Source: Mobula hypostoma (Eukaryota). From it: a DNA stretch of 64,000 nucleotides. A program made the position numbers and the translations under genes. The notes beneath the pieces were generated by a model that was not told the origin of the DNA, made no database searches, and worked only from the letters and a program-made list of their open reading frames with translations. The DNA is taken from positions 246,762,001 through 246,826,000 of the forward strand of contig NC_086097.1 in assembly GCF_963921235.1 (NCBI RefSeq), read 5' to 3'. Each line of letters begins with the position of its first letter. The stretch's first letter is position 1. Below, in pieces: positions 36,350 to 48,289 of this stretch.

Positions 36350-39020
36350 CATAGAAAAGTACAGGACAGAAACAGGCAGTTCAGATCATCTAGTCTGTGC
36401 CGAACTATTTAAACTGCCTACTCCCATCAACCTGCATTGGGACCATAGCCCTCCACACCCCTACCATCCATGTGCATATCTACACTTCTCCTGAATGTTG
36501 AAATCAAGCACGCATGCACCACTTGTGCTGGCAGCTCATTCCACACTCGCACCACCCTCTGAGTGAAGAAGTTTCCCCTCATGTTCCCCTTAAACTTCTC
36601 ACCTTCAACTTTTCACCTTCCACCCTTGTTGTTGTCCTATCCAACCTCAGTGGAAAAAGTCTGTTTGCTTTTTCCCTATCCATACCCCTCATAATTTTGT
36701 ATGCCTCTATCAAGTCACCTCTCAATCTTCTACGTTCCGAACCTGTACAATCTTACCTCAGTACTCAGGTCCTCCGGATCCAGCAAACACCCTGGTAAAT
36801 CTTCTCTGTACTCTTCCAACCTTGTTTACATCTTTCCTGTAGGTAGGTGACCAAAATACACAATACTCCAAATTAGGCCTCACCAGCATCTTATACAACT
36901 TCAACATGGTATCCCATCGCCTGTGTTCAATATTTTGATTTATGAAGGCCAATGTGCCAGATTTTCTTACAACCCTATATTCCTGTGGCACCACTTTCAA
37001 CAAATCACGGACTGTGCTCCTCGATCACTTTGTTCCACCACACTCCTCAGTGCCCGACTGGTCACTGTGCAAGACCTAGCGTGATTGGTCTCACTGAACT
37101 GCTAAACCTCAATTGTGTGCATTGAAAACCATTTGCCATTTTTCAGCCCATTTTTCCAGCTGGCGTAGATCCCCCTGCAAGTCATGATAGCCTTCCTCGC
37201 ACTCCACTATATCCTCAATCCTGGTGTCATCCGCAGATTTGCTGATCCAGTTGACCACATTATCATCCAGATTGTTGATAGAGATGACAAACAACAAATG
37301 ACTCGGCACTGATCCCTGTGGTACACCACTAGTCACAGGCCTGCAGTCAGACAGCCACTCTCTGGCAACTCCCACAAAGCCAATGTCTAAACGACCTCAT
37401 CTTGAACCTTCTTGACCAATCTCTCATGCAGGTCTGTGTCAAATGCCTTACCAAGTTTAAGTAGAGCTCATCCACTTTCCTGGTAACTTCCACGCATGAA
37501 GCTATGCTGACTATCCTTAATCAGTCAATGTCTATCCAAGTACTTACACAGTACCTATAAAAAGTTTTCACCCCCCCCGCCTCCCCCCCGAAGTTCACAT
37601 ATTTTATTGTTTTACAACATTGAATCACAGTGGATTTTCATTTGGCCTTTTTTTTTACATTGATCAACAGAAAAATACCCTTTCATGTCAAAGTGAAAGC
37701 AGATTAAAGTGATCTAAATGAATTACAAATATAAAACAAAATAATTGATTGCATAATTACTCACCCCCTTCAAGTCAATATTTAGTAGATGCACCTTTGG
37801 CAGCAATTAAAGCGTGGAGTGTGTGGTTAGGACTCTATCAGCTTTGTACATCTGGACACTGCAATTTTTCCCCATTCTACTTTACAAAATTGATTAAACA
37901 CTGTAAGATTGCATGGGGATCATGAGTGAACAGACCTTTTGACGTCCAGCCACAAATTCTCAAATGGATTGAGGTCTGGACTCTGAATTAGCCGCTCCAG
38001 GACATTAACTTGTTGGTTTTGAACCATTCCGTGCAGCCTTGGCTTTATGCTTGGGGCACTGTCTTAATGGAAAACAGATCGTCTCCTAAGTCGCAATTCT
38101 TTTGCAGACTGCATCAGGTTTTCCTTCGTGATTGCTCTGTAGTTTGCTGTATTCATTTTACCCTCTACCTTCACAAGCCTTCCAGTGCCTGCTGCAGTGA
38201 AGCATCCCCACAGCATGATGCAGCCACCACCATGCTTTTCTTGCATTCATCTCCTGACTTTTGCTTTTCAATAGCCTTGTTGTGGAGTCACCTGGAGTGT
38301 TTTTTTGTCTTTGTGGTGTAGTTTTTGCCAGAATACTAACTCACCAGCAGTTGGACATTCCAGACGCAGGTGTATTCTTACTTTCAATTGGAGCACCTTG
38401 ACTGCACACAGTGATCTCCATTTAACTAATGATGTGACTTCTAAAACCAATTGGCTGCAGCAGTGATGATTTGGTGTGTCATAATAAAGGGGGCAAATAC
38501 TTATGCAATCAATTATTTTGTGTTATATATTTGTAATTAACTTACTTTGTAGCGATCTGTTTTTACTTTGACACGAAAGAGCCTTTTTCTGTTGATGTGT
38601 CAAAAAAGCCAAATTAAATCTACTGTGGTTCAATGTTGTAAAACAAAAACCATGAAAACTTCTGGGGGGGGGTGATGAATACTTTTTATAGGGACTGTAT
38701 ATCTGGTCCCTTAGAATGCCTTCCAATAACCTTCCCACAGCTCACTGGCCTATAATTTCCTAGTTTACATTTAGAGCCTTTCTTAAACAGCAGAACAACA
38801 TTGGCTGTTCTCCAAGCCTTTGGTACCTCTGCTGTAGTTAAAGATGATTTAAATATCTCTACTTGAGCCCCCGCTATTTCTGCACTTGCCTCCTGTAGGG
38901 TCCGAGGAAATACATTGTCAATCCTGGGGATTTATCCACTCTGATTTGCCTCAGGACAGTAAACACCTCTTCCTCTGTAATCTGTATAGGATCCATGAAG
39001 CTGATGCCTTTATGCCTTGG
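36350..39020 (-). mobile_element. CR1 LINE remnant hosting a Tc1 element
   Basis: ORFs 37109..37375 (SGVPQGS) and 36758..37003 (LVRPNLEYC). CR1 tail near 36350. Confidence 0.88.
37549..38697 (-). mobile_element. Tc1-like transposon (IR-DR type), internally deleted
   Basis: ~220-bp TIRs beginning CAGT(A/C)CCTATAAAAAGT, with inner direct repeats. TA on the right flank (CA on the left). Transposase remnant KHGGGCIMLWGCF (38064..38246). Confidence 0.92.
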
Positions 39021-40099
39021 ATAGGGTCTATCACTCTTCATTTAATGAAGCAGAGAACACAACTGCTCATTCCCATGCAAGTTTCAGGATTGTTGATTAC
39101 CATTCTTCAGTGCACAGGAGTGTTAAGGAGGGTGAAATGATTGTTAGTCAGGATCGGATTTAGCAGAAAAACACAAACATAACATTAATTATAATATTCA
39201 TAAAGCATTTTTATACAATGTGATTCAACGTGCAAACATGAAAATAAAGAGAGAAAGACATTGTTTTCTATTGTGTACAATGACGACGGAGAGTTTAAAG
39301 TGGTAAAGCCGTTGCACTGGGGCGGTTCCACTCTCTTGACCTCAGAAGTCTGGGTCCAGTGGTACGAGTGGTCATCACAGACTGGAGTCTTTCTTGGTCA
39401 CCGTGGATGACCATGACTTCTGTGCTGGGGCTGTGGCCGCTATCACATGCAAGCAACTGCCTGGAACCACAGGTGAGAGCTGAATGCCCAGTGGGAACGA
39501 AAGGTGAGTGAGCTGAATCAGAGTGGGCACGACAAGCCCTTTCACCAGAAGAACTAACCCTGCCTGGACTCCCCATACACGCCTAATTCTGCTAACTCTA
39601 ATCCATATGTCTTTGGAATGTGGAAGAACGCAGGGCATCTTGAGAGAACATGCAAACTCCTTACAGACAGGGTGGGAATTGAATGCTGTTTGGTGATTGC
39701 TGGCACTGCCAAGCCTTGCACTAACTGCTACACTACCGTGCCACTAACCACCCACCACCCATAATTACCTTGTTCTACTATAGCTTTCTGGAATCGTTAT
39801 CAAATTCCCTAACCCATCTAAACAATCTACTCTGACATTCTGAAATGATGCAGGAGATTAATTAGAAATGGGTTGATCATTAATCCACCTTTGCTCTTCA
39901 TTAAAGTTTCATACTCACAACACTTTAGAGGTTCACTCCTTGCCTGCAAAAGAACCTTCTCAACCAAAACTGAAAAATGCTGGAAAAACTCTGATGATAT
40001 GGCATCTGAAGAAATGGAAATGTTTCACATCAATGATCCTTCATCAAGATGAGAAACAGAGTGTTTAAGGAAATATGCAATAAAATCTCCACATTGTAA

Positions 40100-43000
40100 A
40101 AACCATAGAACACGATGGCACAGAAAACAGGCCATTCGGCCCTTCTAGTCTGTGCCGTAACTTTATTCCGCTAGTCCCATTGACCTGCACCCAGTCCATA
40201 ACCCTCCAGACCTCTCCCATCCATGTACCTATCCAATTTATTCTTAAAGCTTAAGAGTGAGCCCGCATTTACCACGTCAGATGGCAGCTCGTTCCACACT
40301 CCCATCACTCTCTGAGTGAAGAAGTTCCCCCTAATGTTCCCCCTAAACCTTTCCCCTTTCATCCTAAAGCCATGTCCTCTTGCATTTATCTCTCCTAATC
40401 TAAGTGGAAAGAGTCTATTCACATTTACTCTGTCTATACCCCTCATAATTTTGTAAACCTCTATCAAATCCCCACTCATTCTTCTATGCTCCAAGGAATA
40501 AAGTCCAAACCTGTTCAATCTTTCCCTGTAACTCATCTCCTGAAGGCCTGGCAACATCCTAGTAAATCTTCTCTGCACTCTTACTGATATCCTTCCTATA
40601 GTTAGGTGACCAGAACTGTACATAATACTCCAAATTTGGCCTCACCAATGTCTTACACAACCTCCCCATAACATCCCAACTCCTATACTCAATACATTTA
40701 TGAATGCCAGGATGACAGAAACCTTCTTTACAACCCTGTCTACCTGTGACACCACTTTCAGGGAATTATGTATCTGAACTCCCAGATCCCACTGTTCCTC
40801 CGCACTCCTCAGTGCCCTACCATTTACTGTGTATGTCCCACCTTGATTTGTCCTTCCAAAATGCAACACCTCACACTTGTCTGCATTAAATTCCATCTGC
40901 CATTTTCTGGCCCATTTTTCCAGTTGGTCCAGATCCTTCTGCAAGCTTTGAAAGCCTTCCTCGCTGTCCACAACGCCTCCAATCTTAGTGTCATCAGCAA
41001 ACTTGCTGATCCAGTTTACCACATTATCATCTAGATCATTGATATAGACAACAAACAACAATGGTCCCAGCACAGATCCCTGAGGCACACCACTAGTCAC
41101 AGGCCTCCAGTCTGAGAAGCAATCATCCACTACCGCTCTCTGTCTTCTCCCATACAGCCAATTTCGAACCAGTTTACAACCTCTACATGGATACCTAGTG
41201 TCTGAACCTTCTGAACTAACCTCCCATGTGGGACCTTGTCAAAGGCCTTACTAAAGTCCATGTAGACAACATCCACAGCCTTTCCTTCATCTACTTTCTT
41301 GGTAACCTCCTCGAAAAACTCTACAAGATTCGTTAAACATGATCTACCACGCACAAAGCCATGCTGACGATCCTTAATCAGCACTTGGCTGTCCAAATAT
41401 TTGTATAACCGATCTCTCAGAACACTTTCCAATAATTTACCTACTACTGATGTCAGGCTCACCGGCCTGTAATTACCTGGTTTACTTTTGGAGCCTTTTT
41501 TAAACAACAGAACAACATAAGCTACCCTCCAATCCTCCAGCACCGCACCCGTGGCTAAGGACATTTTAAATATTTCTGCCAGGACCCCTGAAATTTCTAC
41601 ACTAGTCTCTCTCAAGGTCCGAGGAAATATCATGAGAGGCCCGGGGGATTTATCTACCTTTATTCGCTGTAAGGCAGCAAGCACTTCCTCCTTTTTTAAT
41701 CTCTATATGTTCCATGACACTGCTGCTTGTTTCCCTTCCTTCCACATACGCTATGCCAATTTCCTGAGTAAATACTGATGCAAAAAAACTGTTTAAACCC
41801 CCATCTCGTGAGGCTCCACACATAGACGACCACTTTGATCTTTTAGGGGACCAATTTTGTCCCTTACTATTCTTTTACTCTTAATATACTTGTAGAAACC
41901 CTTCGGATTTACCTTCACATTATCTGCCAAAGCAGCTCATGTCTTCTTTTTGCCTTCCTGATTTCCTTTAGTATTTTCTTACATTTTCTACACTCTTCAA
42001 GTACCTCATTTGTTCCTTGTTGCCTAAACCTGCTATACACCTCTCTCTTTTTCTTAACCAGATCGCCAATATCCCGTGAAAACCAGGGTTCCCTATGCCT
42101 GTTAACTTTCCCTTTAATCCTGGCGGGAACAGGCAAACTCTGCACTCTCAAAATTTCGCTTTTGAAGACCTTCCACTTTACTTTAATGTTGCCAAACAAT
42201 TGATACTAGAACTAACAATCATCACAGCGATATTTGATTCTGCGCTCCCTGCTCCCTGGATTACAAATCGATAGTAAATATTAAAAACTTAAATTATAAA
42301 TCATAAATAGAAAATAGAAAAATGGAAAGTAAGGTAGTGCAAAAAACCGAGAGGCAGGTCCGGATATTTGGAGGGTATGGCCCAGATCCGGGTCAGGATC
42401 CGTTCAGCAGTCTTATCACAGTTGGAAAGAAGCTGTTCCCAAATCTGGTCGTACGAGTCTTCAAGCTCCTGAGCCTTCTCCCGGAGGGAAGAGGGACGAA
42501 AAGTGTGTTGGCTGGGTGGGTCGTGTCCTTGATTATCCTGGCAGCACTGCTCGGACAGCGTGCGGTGTAAAGTGAGTCCAAGGACGGAAGATTGGTTTGT
42601 GTGATGTGCTGCGCCGTGTTCACGATCTTCTGCAGCTTCTTCTGGTCTTGGTCAGGACAACTTCCATACCAGGTTGTGATGCACCCTAGAAGAATGCTTG
42701 CTACGGTGCATTTATAAAAATTAGTGAGGGTTTTAGGGGACAGGCCAAATTTCTTTAGTTTTCTCAGGAAGTAAAGGCGCTGGTGGGCCTTCTTGGCACT
42801 GAATTCTGCTTGGTTGGACCAAGTCAGGTCATTTGTGATATTGACCCCGAGGAACTTAAAGCTTTTGACCTGTTCCACTTGCGCACCACCGATATAAATT
42901 GGGTCGTGCGGTCCGCTACTCCTTCTGAAGTCAACAACCAATTCCTTCGTCTTGCTGACGTTGAGGGATAGGTTATTGTCTTCGCACCATGCCACCAGGT

Positions 43001-44560
43001 TCTTAATTTCCTCTCTGTACTCAAACTCATCATTACCCGAAATACGGCCTATAATTGTTGTGTCATCAGCAAACTTGTATATTGAGTTTGATGGAAACTT
43101 GGCTACACAGTCATGGGTGTACAGTGAGTACAGCAGGGGGCTGAGTACACAGCCTTGTCGGGCACCGGTGCTCAGAGTGATTGTAGAGGAGAGCTTGTCC
43201 CCTATTTTTACAGCCTGGGTCCTGTCTGTGAGGAAGTTGAAGATCCAGCTGCAGATCTGAGTGCTAAGGCCCAGGTTCCGGAGCTTAGGAATCAGTTTAT
43301 TTGGAATGATGGTATTAAAGGCAGAGCTGTAGTCAATGAAAAGTCACTTACTGAACACACCCTTACCAGAAAACAACTTATCCCAATCCACTCTTCCTAG
43401 ATCCTTTCTCATTTCCTCAAAATTGGGCCTTCTCCATTAGAACCTCAACTCGAGGACCAGACCTATACTTATCCATAATTAACTTGAAACTAATGGCATT
43501 ATGGTCGCTGGACCCAAAATGTTCACCTAAACATATTTCTATCACCTGACCTGTCTGGTTCCCTAAAAGGAGATCAAGTATTGCATCCTCTCTCGTAGGT
43601 TCCTCTATATATTGATTTAGAAAACTTTCCTGAACACATTTGACAAACTGCAAGCCATCTAGCCCTTTCACAGTGTGGGAGTCCCAGTGAATATGTGGAA
43701 AGTTAAAATCCCCTACTATTACAACTTTCTGTTTCTTACATCGGTCTGCTATCTCTCGTCAGATTTGCTCCTCCCATTCTCTCTGACTATTAGGCAGTTT
43801 ATAGTACAACCCTATTAGTGTGGTCACACCTTTCCTGTTCCTCAGCTCCACCCATATGGCCTCTGTAGACAAGCCCTCCGGGCTGTTCTATCTACGCACA
43901 GCTGTGATATTTTCCCTGACTAGTAATGCCACTCCTCCCCCTTTCATCCCTCCCCCTCTATCAGGTCTGAAACAACGGAACCCCAGAACATTAAACTGCC
44001 CCAGTCCTGCCCCGCCTGCAACCAAGTCTCACTAATAGCAATAATGTCGTAATCCCACGTGCGAATCCACGCCCTAAACTCATCTGCCTTACCTACAATA
44101 CTCCTTGCATTGAAATAGATGCACCTGAGAACATGTCTATCACGTACAAACCTTTGACTTCTGTCTATACATGCAGTCCTCGCATGACCTTTATCCTCCT
44201 CCACCTCACTATCTGCTCTAACCACTCTGGTTCCCCTCCTCCTGCAAATCTAGTTTAAACCCCGCTGGAGCAGCACTAGCAAACCTACCCGCAAGGCCGT
44301 TAGTCCCCCTCCAGTTCAGGTTAAACCGTCCCGTTGGAACAGGTCCCACCTTCCCTGGAACAAAGTCCAATTGTCCAGAAACATGAAGCCCTCCCTCCTG
44401 CACCAACTCCTTAGCCACGTATTTAGCTGCATTATCTTCCTATTTCTAGCCTCACTTGCACATGGCACGGGTAGCAATCCTGAGATCGCAACCCTGGAGG
44501 TCCTGTCCTTCAACTTTGCACCTAACTCCCTAAACTTTCTTTTGCAGGACCTCCTCCTCC
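40100..44560 (-). mobile_element. CR1 LINE (ORF1 esterase C-terminus through 3' UTR) with nested Rex1
   Basis: ORFs 44316..44570 (VAISGLLPVP), 43944..44225 (CIYFNARSI), 41130..41684, 40642..41130 and 40171..40623. Confidence 0.93.
42182..43343 (-). mobile_element. Rex1/Babar LINE RT and 3' end
   Basis: ORF 42393..42995 ([24 protein letters not shown]). The host CR1 CACTT|ACTGAACAC resumes at ~43344. Confidence 0.93.
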
Positions 44561-45436
44561 TCCAAACCAAACCAGAGAATCAGACTCGGGTTTATCATCA
44601 CCAATGTATGTCATGAAGTTTGTTGTTTGTGGCAGCAGTACAGTACAATGCTTTAATGATAAATTTACTTTGGAACTTTAGTGATCACTATTAAATGTTA
44701 TCCACTTAGGAAAGGAAGCGCAGTATTATTTACTAGATAGTTGAAAATCTTTGAAACAAGTCAAAAGAGGCTGAAATTCCAGAGAAAAGCTTTAGCACGC
44801 TCAACCTTTGCTCATAAGATATGCACTCTAATCCAGGAGTAGCGTCCTGATAAAGGGCCTCAACTCACAACATTGCCTCTTTACTCGGTTCCATAACTGC
44901 TGCGTGATCTTGCTGAGTTCCTTTAGCATTGTGTGTCCACATTTCCAGCAGCTACAGAATCATTTGTTTAAAAGATGATGAAAGCAGAGTGTTTGAATAT
45001 TTTAAGGAATAGATTCTTAATGAGTAAGGGTGTGGAAGGAATGAAGGTTGCCATAGGTTGATTGTAAAGCAGATTTGAGGAACTATTAGATCAGTCTTGA
45101 ACCCAAATGACAGAACAGGCTCAGAAAGCTAATTCACATGAACTAAACACAAGAGGTTCTGCAGATGCTGGAAATCCAGAGCAACACACTCGAAATGCTG
45201 AGGGAACTCAGCAGGTCAGGCAGCCTTTATGGAAATGAATAAACAGTCAATATTTCCGGCCGAGATCTAATGTGTATCATACAACGAAGATCATGGAATA
45301 TTTGAGGTTTTTCGTGAGCTTGAACTCTTTATGATCCAAGATTTCCCTGCATTTTCTTTTTATACCTTATCATGTTTAGAATCTCCTCTGGGACATACCT
45401 ATAAAATTTTCAGCATTAGAAAACCACACTTGGACT

Positions 45437-46045
45437 AGGTGAGGCGACACTTCACCTGTGAGTTGGCTGGGGTGATATACTGCGCCCGGTGCTCCCGATG
45501 TGGCCTTCTATATATTGGCGAGACCCAACGCTGGCTGGGAGACCGCTTCGCTGAACAACTACTCTCTGTCCTCCAGAGAAAGCAGGATCTCCCAGTGGCC
45601 ACACATTTTAATTCCACATCCCATTCCCATTCTGATATGTCTATCCACGGTCTCCTCTGCTGTAAAGATGAAGCCACACTCAGGTTGGAGGAACACCTTA
45701 TATTTCGTCTGGGTAGCCTCCAACCTGTTGGCATGAACATTGACTTCTCTAACTTCTGTTAATGCCCCACCTCCCCCTCATACCCCATCCGATACTGCCC
45801 ATCCTCTGGGCTTCCCCCCATCCCCCTTTCTTTCTCCCTAGGCCTCCCGTCCCATGATCCTCTCATATCCCTTTTGCCAATCAACTGCCCAGCTCTTGGC
45901 TCCATCCCTCCCCCTCCCACTTTCAAATCTCTTACTAGCTCTTCTAGTCCTGACGAAGGGTCTCGGCCCGAAACGTCGACTGTACCTCTTCCTAGAGATG
46001 CTGCCGGGCCTGCTGCGTTCACCAGCAACTTTTATGTGTGTTACT
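45437..46045 (+). mobile_element. Penelope-like element 3' part: GIY-YIG endonuclease and pLTR
   Basis: ORF 45439..45762: FTCELAGVIYCARCSRCGLLYIGETQRWLGDRFAE...GMNIDFSNF. Confidence 0.92.
45945..45982 (+). ncRNA. Intact minimal type I hammerhead ribozyme motif
   Basis: TAGTC-CTGACGA-A-GGGT(CTCG)GCCC-GAAA-CGTC-GACTG: all core nucleotides, stems I and II, the palindromic ACGT helix III and a GUC cleavage triplet (predicted cut after 45977). Confidence 0.85.
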
Positions 46046-47432
46046 TGGAATATTGTATTCAGTTCTCATCACCTCATTATAGGAAGGGTATGGAGACTTT
46101 AGAAGGTGCAGAACAGATTTACCAGAACACTGCCTGGATTAGAGACCATGTCTTATGAGGAAAGGTTGAGCAACTAAAGCTTTCTCTTTAGAGCAAAAGA
46201 GGGTGAGAGGTGACTTGATAGAGGTCAAGCCAATGATGACACAAACGTTGGGGGTGTTGTGGATAGTCTGGAGGCTTGTCAGAGGTTACAGCGAGACATC
46301 GATAGGATACAGAACTGGGCTGAGAAGCAGTAGATGGACTTCAGCCCAGATAAGTGATTCATTTTGGTAGATCAAATTTGAAGACAGAATATAATATTAA
46401 TGGTAAGACTCTTGGCAGTGTGGACAATCTGAGAGATCTTGGGGTGCGCGTCCATAGGGCACTCAAAGCTGCTGTGCAGTTTGACAGTGTTGTTAAGAAG
46501 GCATATGGTGTGTTGGCCTTCATCAACCATGGGAATGAGTTCAAGAGCTGTGAGGTAATGTTACAGCTATATAAGACCTTGGCCAGACCCCACTTGGAGT
46601 ACTGTGTTCAGTTCTGGTCACCTCACTACAGGAAGGATGTGGATACTATAGAGGGAGTGCAGAGATTTACAAGGATGTTGCCTGGATTGGGGAGCATACC
46701 TTATGAGAACAGGTTGAGTGAACTTGGCCTTTTCTCCTTGGAACAATGGAGGATGAGAGGTGACCTGATAAAGCTGTACAAGATGATGAGAGGCATTGAT
46801 CGTGTGGATAGCCAGAGTCTTCTTCCCAGGGTGCTTGGAAATAGGTACCGAGGGGATGCCAGGGTAAGTTTTTCCACACAGAGAGTGGTGGGTGCATGGA
46901 ATGCACTGCCGATGGTGGTGGTGGAAGCAAATATAATAGGGTCTTTTAAGAACCTCTTAGATAGGTACATGGAGCTTAGAAAAATAGAGGACTATGTGCT
47001 AGGGAAATTCTAGGCAGTTTCTAGAGTAGGTTACATGGTGGGCACAACATCGTGGGCTAAAGGGCCTGTAATGTGCTGTAGATTTCTATGTTCTAGATGT
47101 ACAAGATGGCCAGGCATCGATTGAGTGGACAGTCAGAGACTTCTCTCCATGGGGGAAATGACTAATACGAGGAGGCGTAATTTTAAGGTGTTTCAAGGAA
47201 AGTATGGGGGAATGTCCAAGGTAAGATCTTTACATAAGAGTGGTGAGTACATGGAACACGCGTGGGGATGGTGGTACAGAGAGATAAATTAGAGGTACTT
47301 AAGAAACTCTGAGGTAGGCACATGAACGGAGGGCTATGCAGGAGGGAAGAGTCCGATTGATTTTAGAGTAGGCTAAAAGATCTGCAAAACATTGCAGTCC
47401 AAAGGACCCATACTGTGCTAAATGTTCTATAT
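46045..47432 (+). mobile_element. Young CR1 3' part (~46232-47093) nested in an older CR1 3' part
   Basis: ORF 46354..47013. The older element (GDLIE|..YKM) resumes at ~47094. Two CR1 tails. Confidence 0.85.
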
Positions 47433-48289
47433 TCATTAGACAACTTCCATAAGCACAATAGTTCATCAGTATGTCAGTGCAAAGAAGATGCTTAAGTGCC
47501 TCGAGAAAACTAACCGTGTATTATTCTACTTGAGCACATTACGGGACACCATTCTACAGTTCAGTTACCCCAGGTTTAGGATTGTTTCCTCAGCTTAAAT
47601 GGATGACTTCCACTGAAGTATTCTGGAACCAAGACAAAAGATGAAAAAGTTAGCTTTATTTGTCACACTAACATTGAAGCATACAGCGAAACGTGTCGTT
47701 TTCATCAAATCAGCAAGGACTGTTCTGAGCAGCCGGGAAGTGTTGCTATTGCTTCTGGAGCCTACATAGCACGTCCGTAGCTCACCAATACTAACCTGTA
47801 CATGTGGAATGTGGGAGGAAACCAGAGCACCCGGAGAGAACGTACAAACTCCTTACAGGCGATGGTGGGAACTGTTAATCACTGGCTGGCTCTGGAAATT
47901 GCTGCACAGTAGCATAGCAGTTAGCACAATGCTGTCAAAAATCTTAGAGAAAAACTGTACCATATATTGTGAGAATGCGGCAAGTGGCACGTGCGGTGAT
48001 TGACTGGGAATCCTACGTGCAGGAAGCAATCTCTTTTGGGCTCGGTCTTTTGAGTACACATGCTCTTGGCTTGGCAAGCCCAGTTTGTCACTACACTAAG
48101 TTACCAAGCGTGTACTGTGCCAAACACGACTCTGTAAAAGCGTTTAATCATACTTGCCCATTGTCATTCTTGCACCGCGCAGGCGTAACAAAAATATTCA
48201 CAGTCGTCAATATTGTTTTTAAAGTGGAGAGAATGTAGACAGCAGAGAATTTAGAATTCCTTTGCAGCACTGTAATGATGATCATCTTA

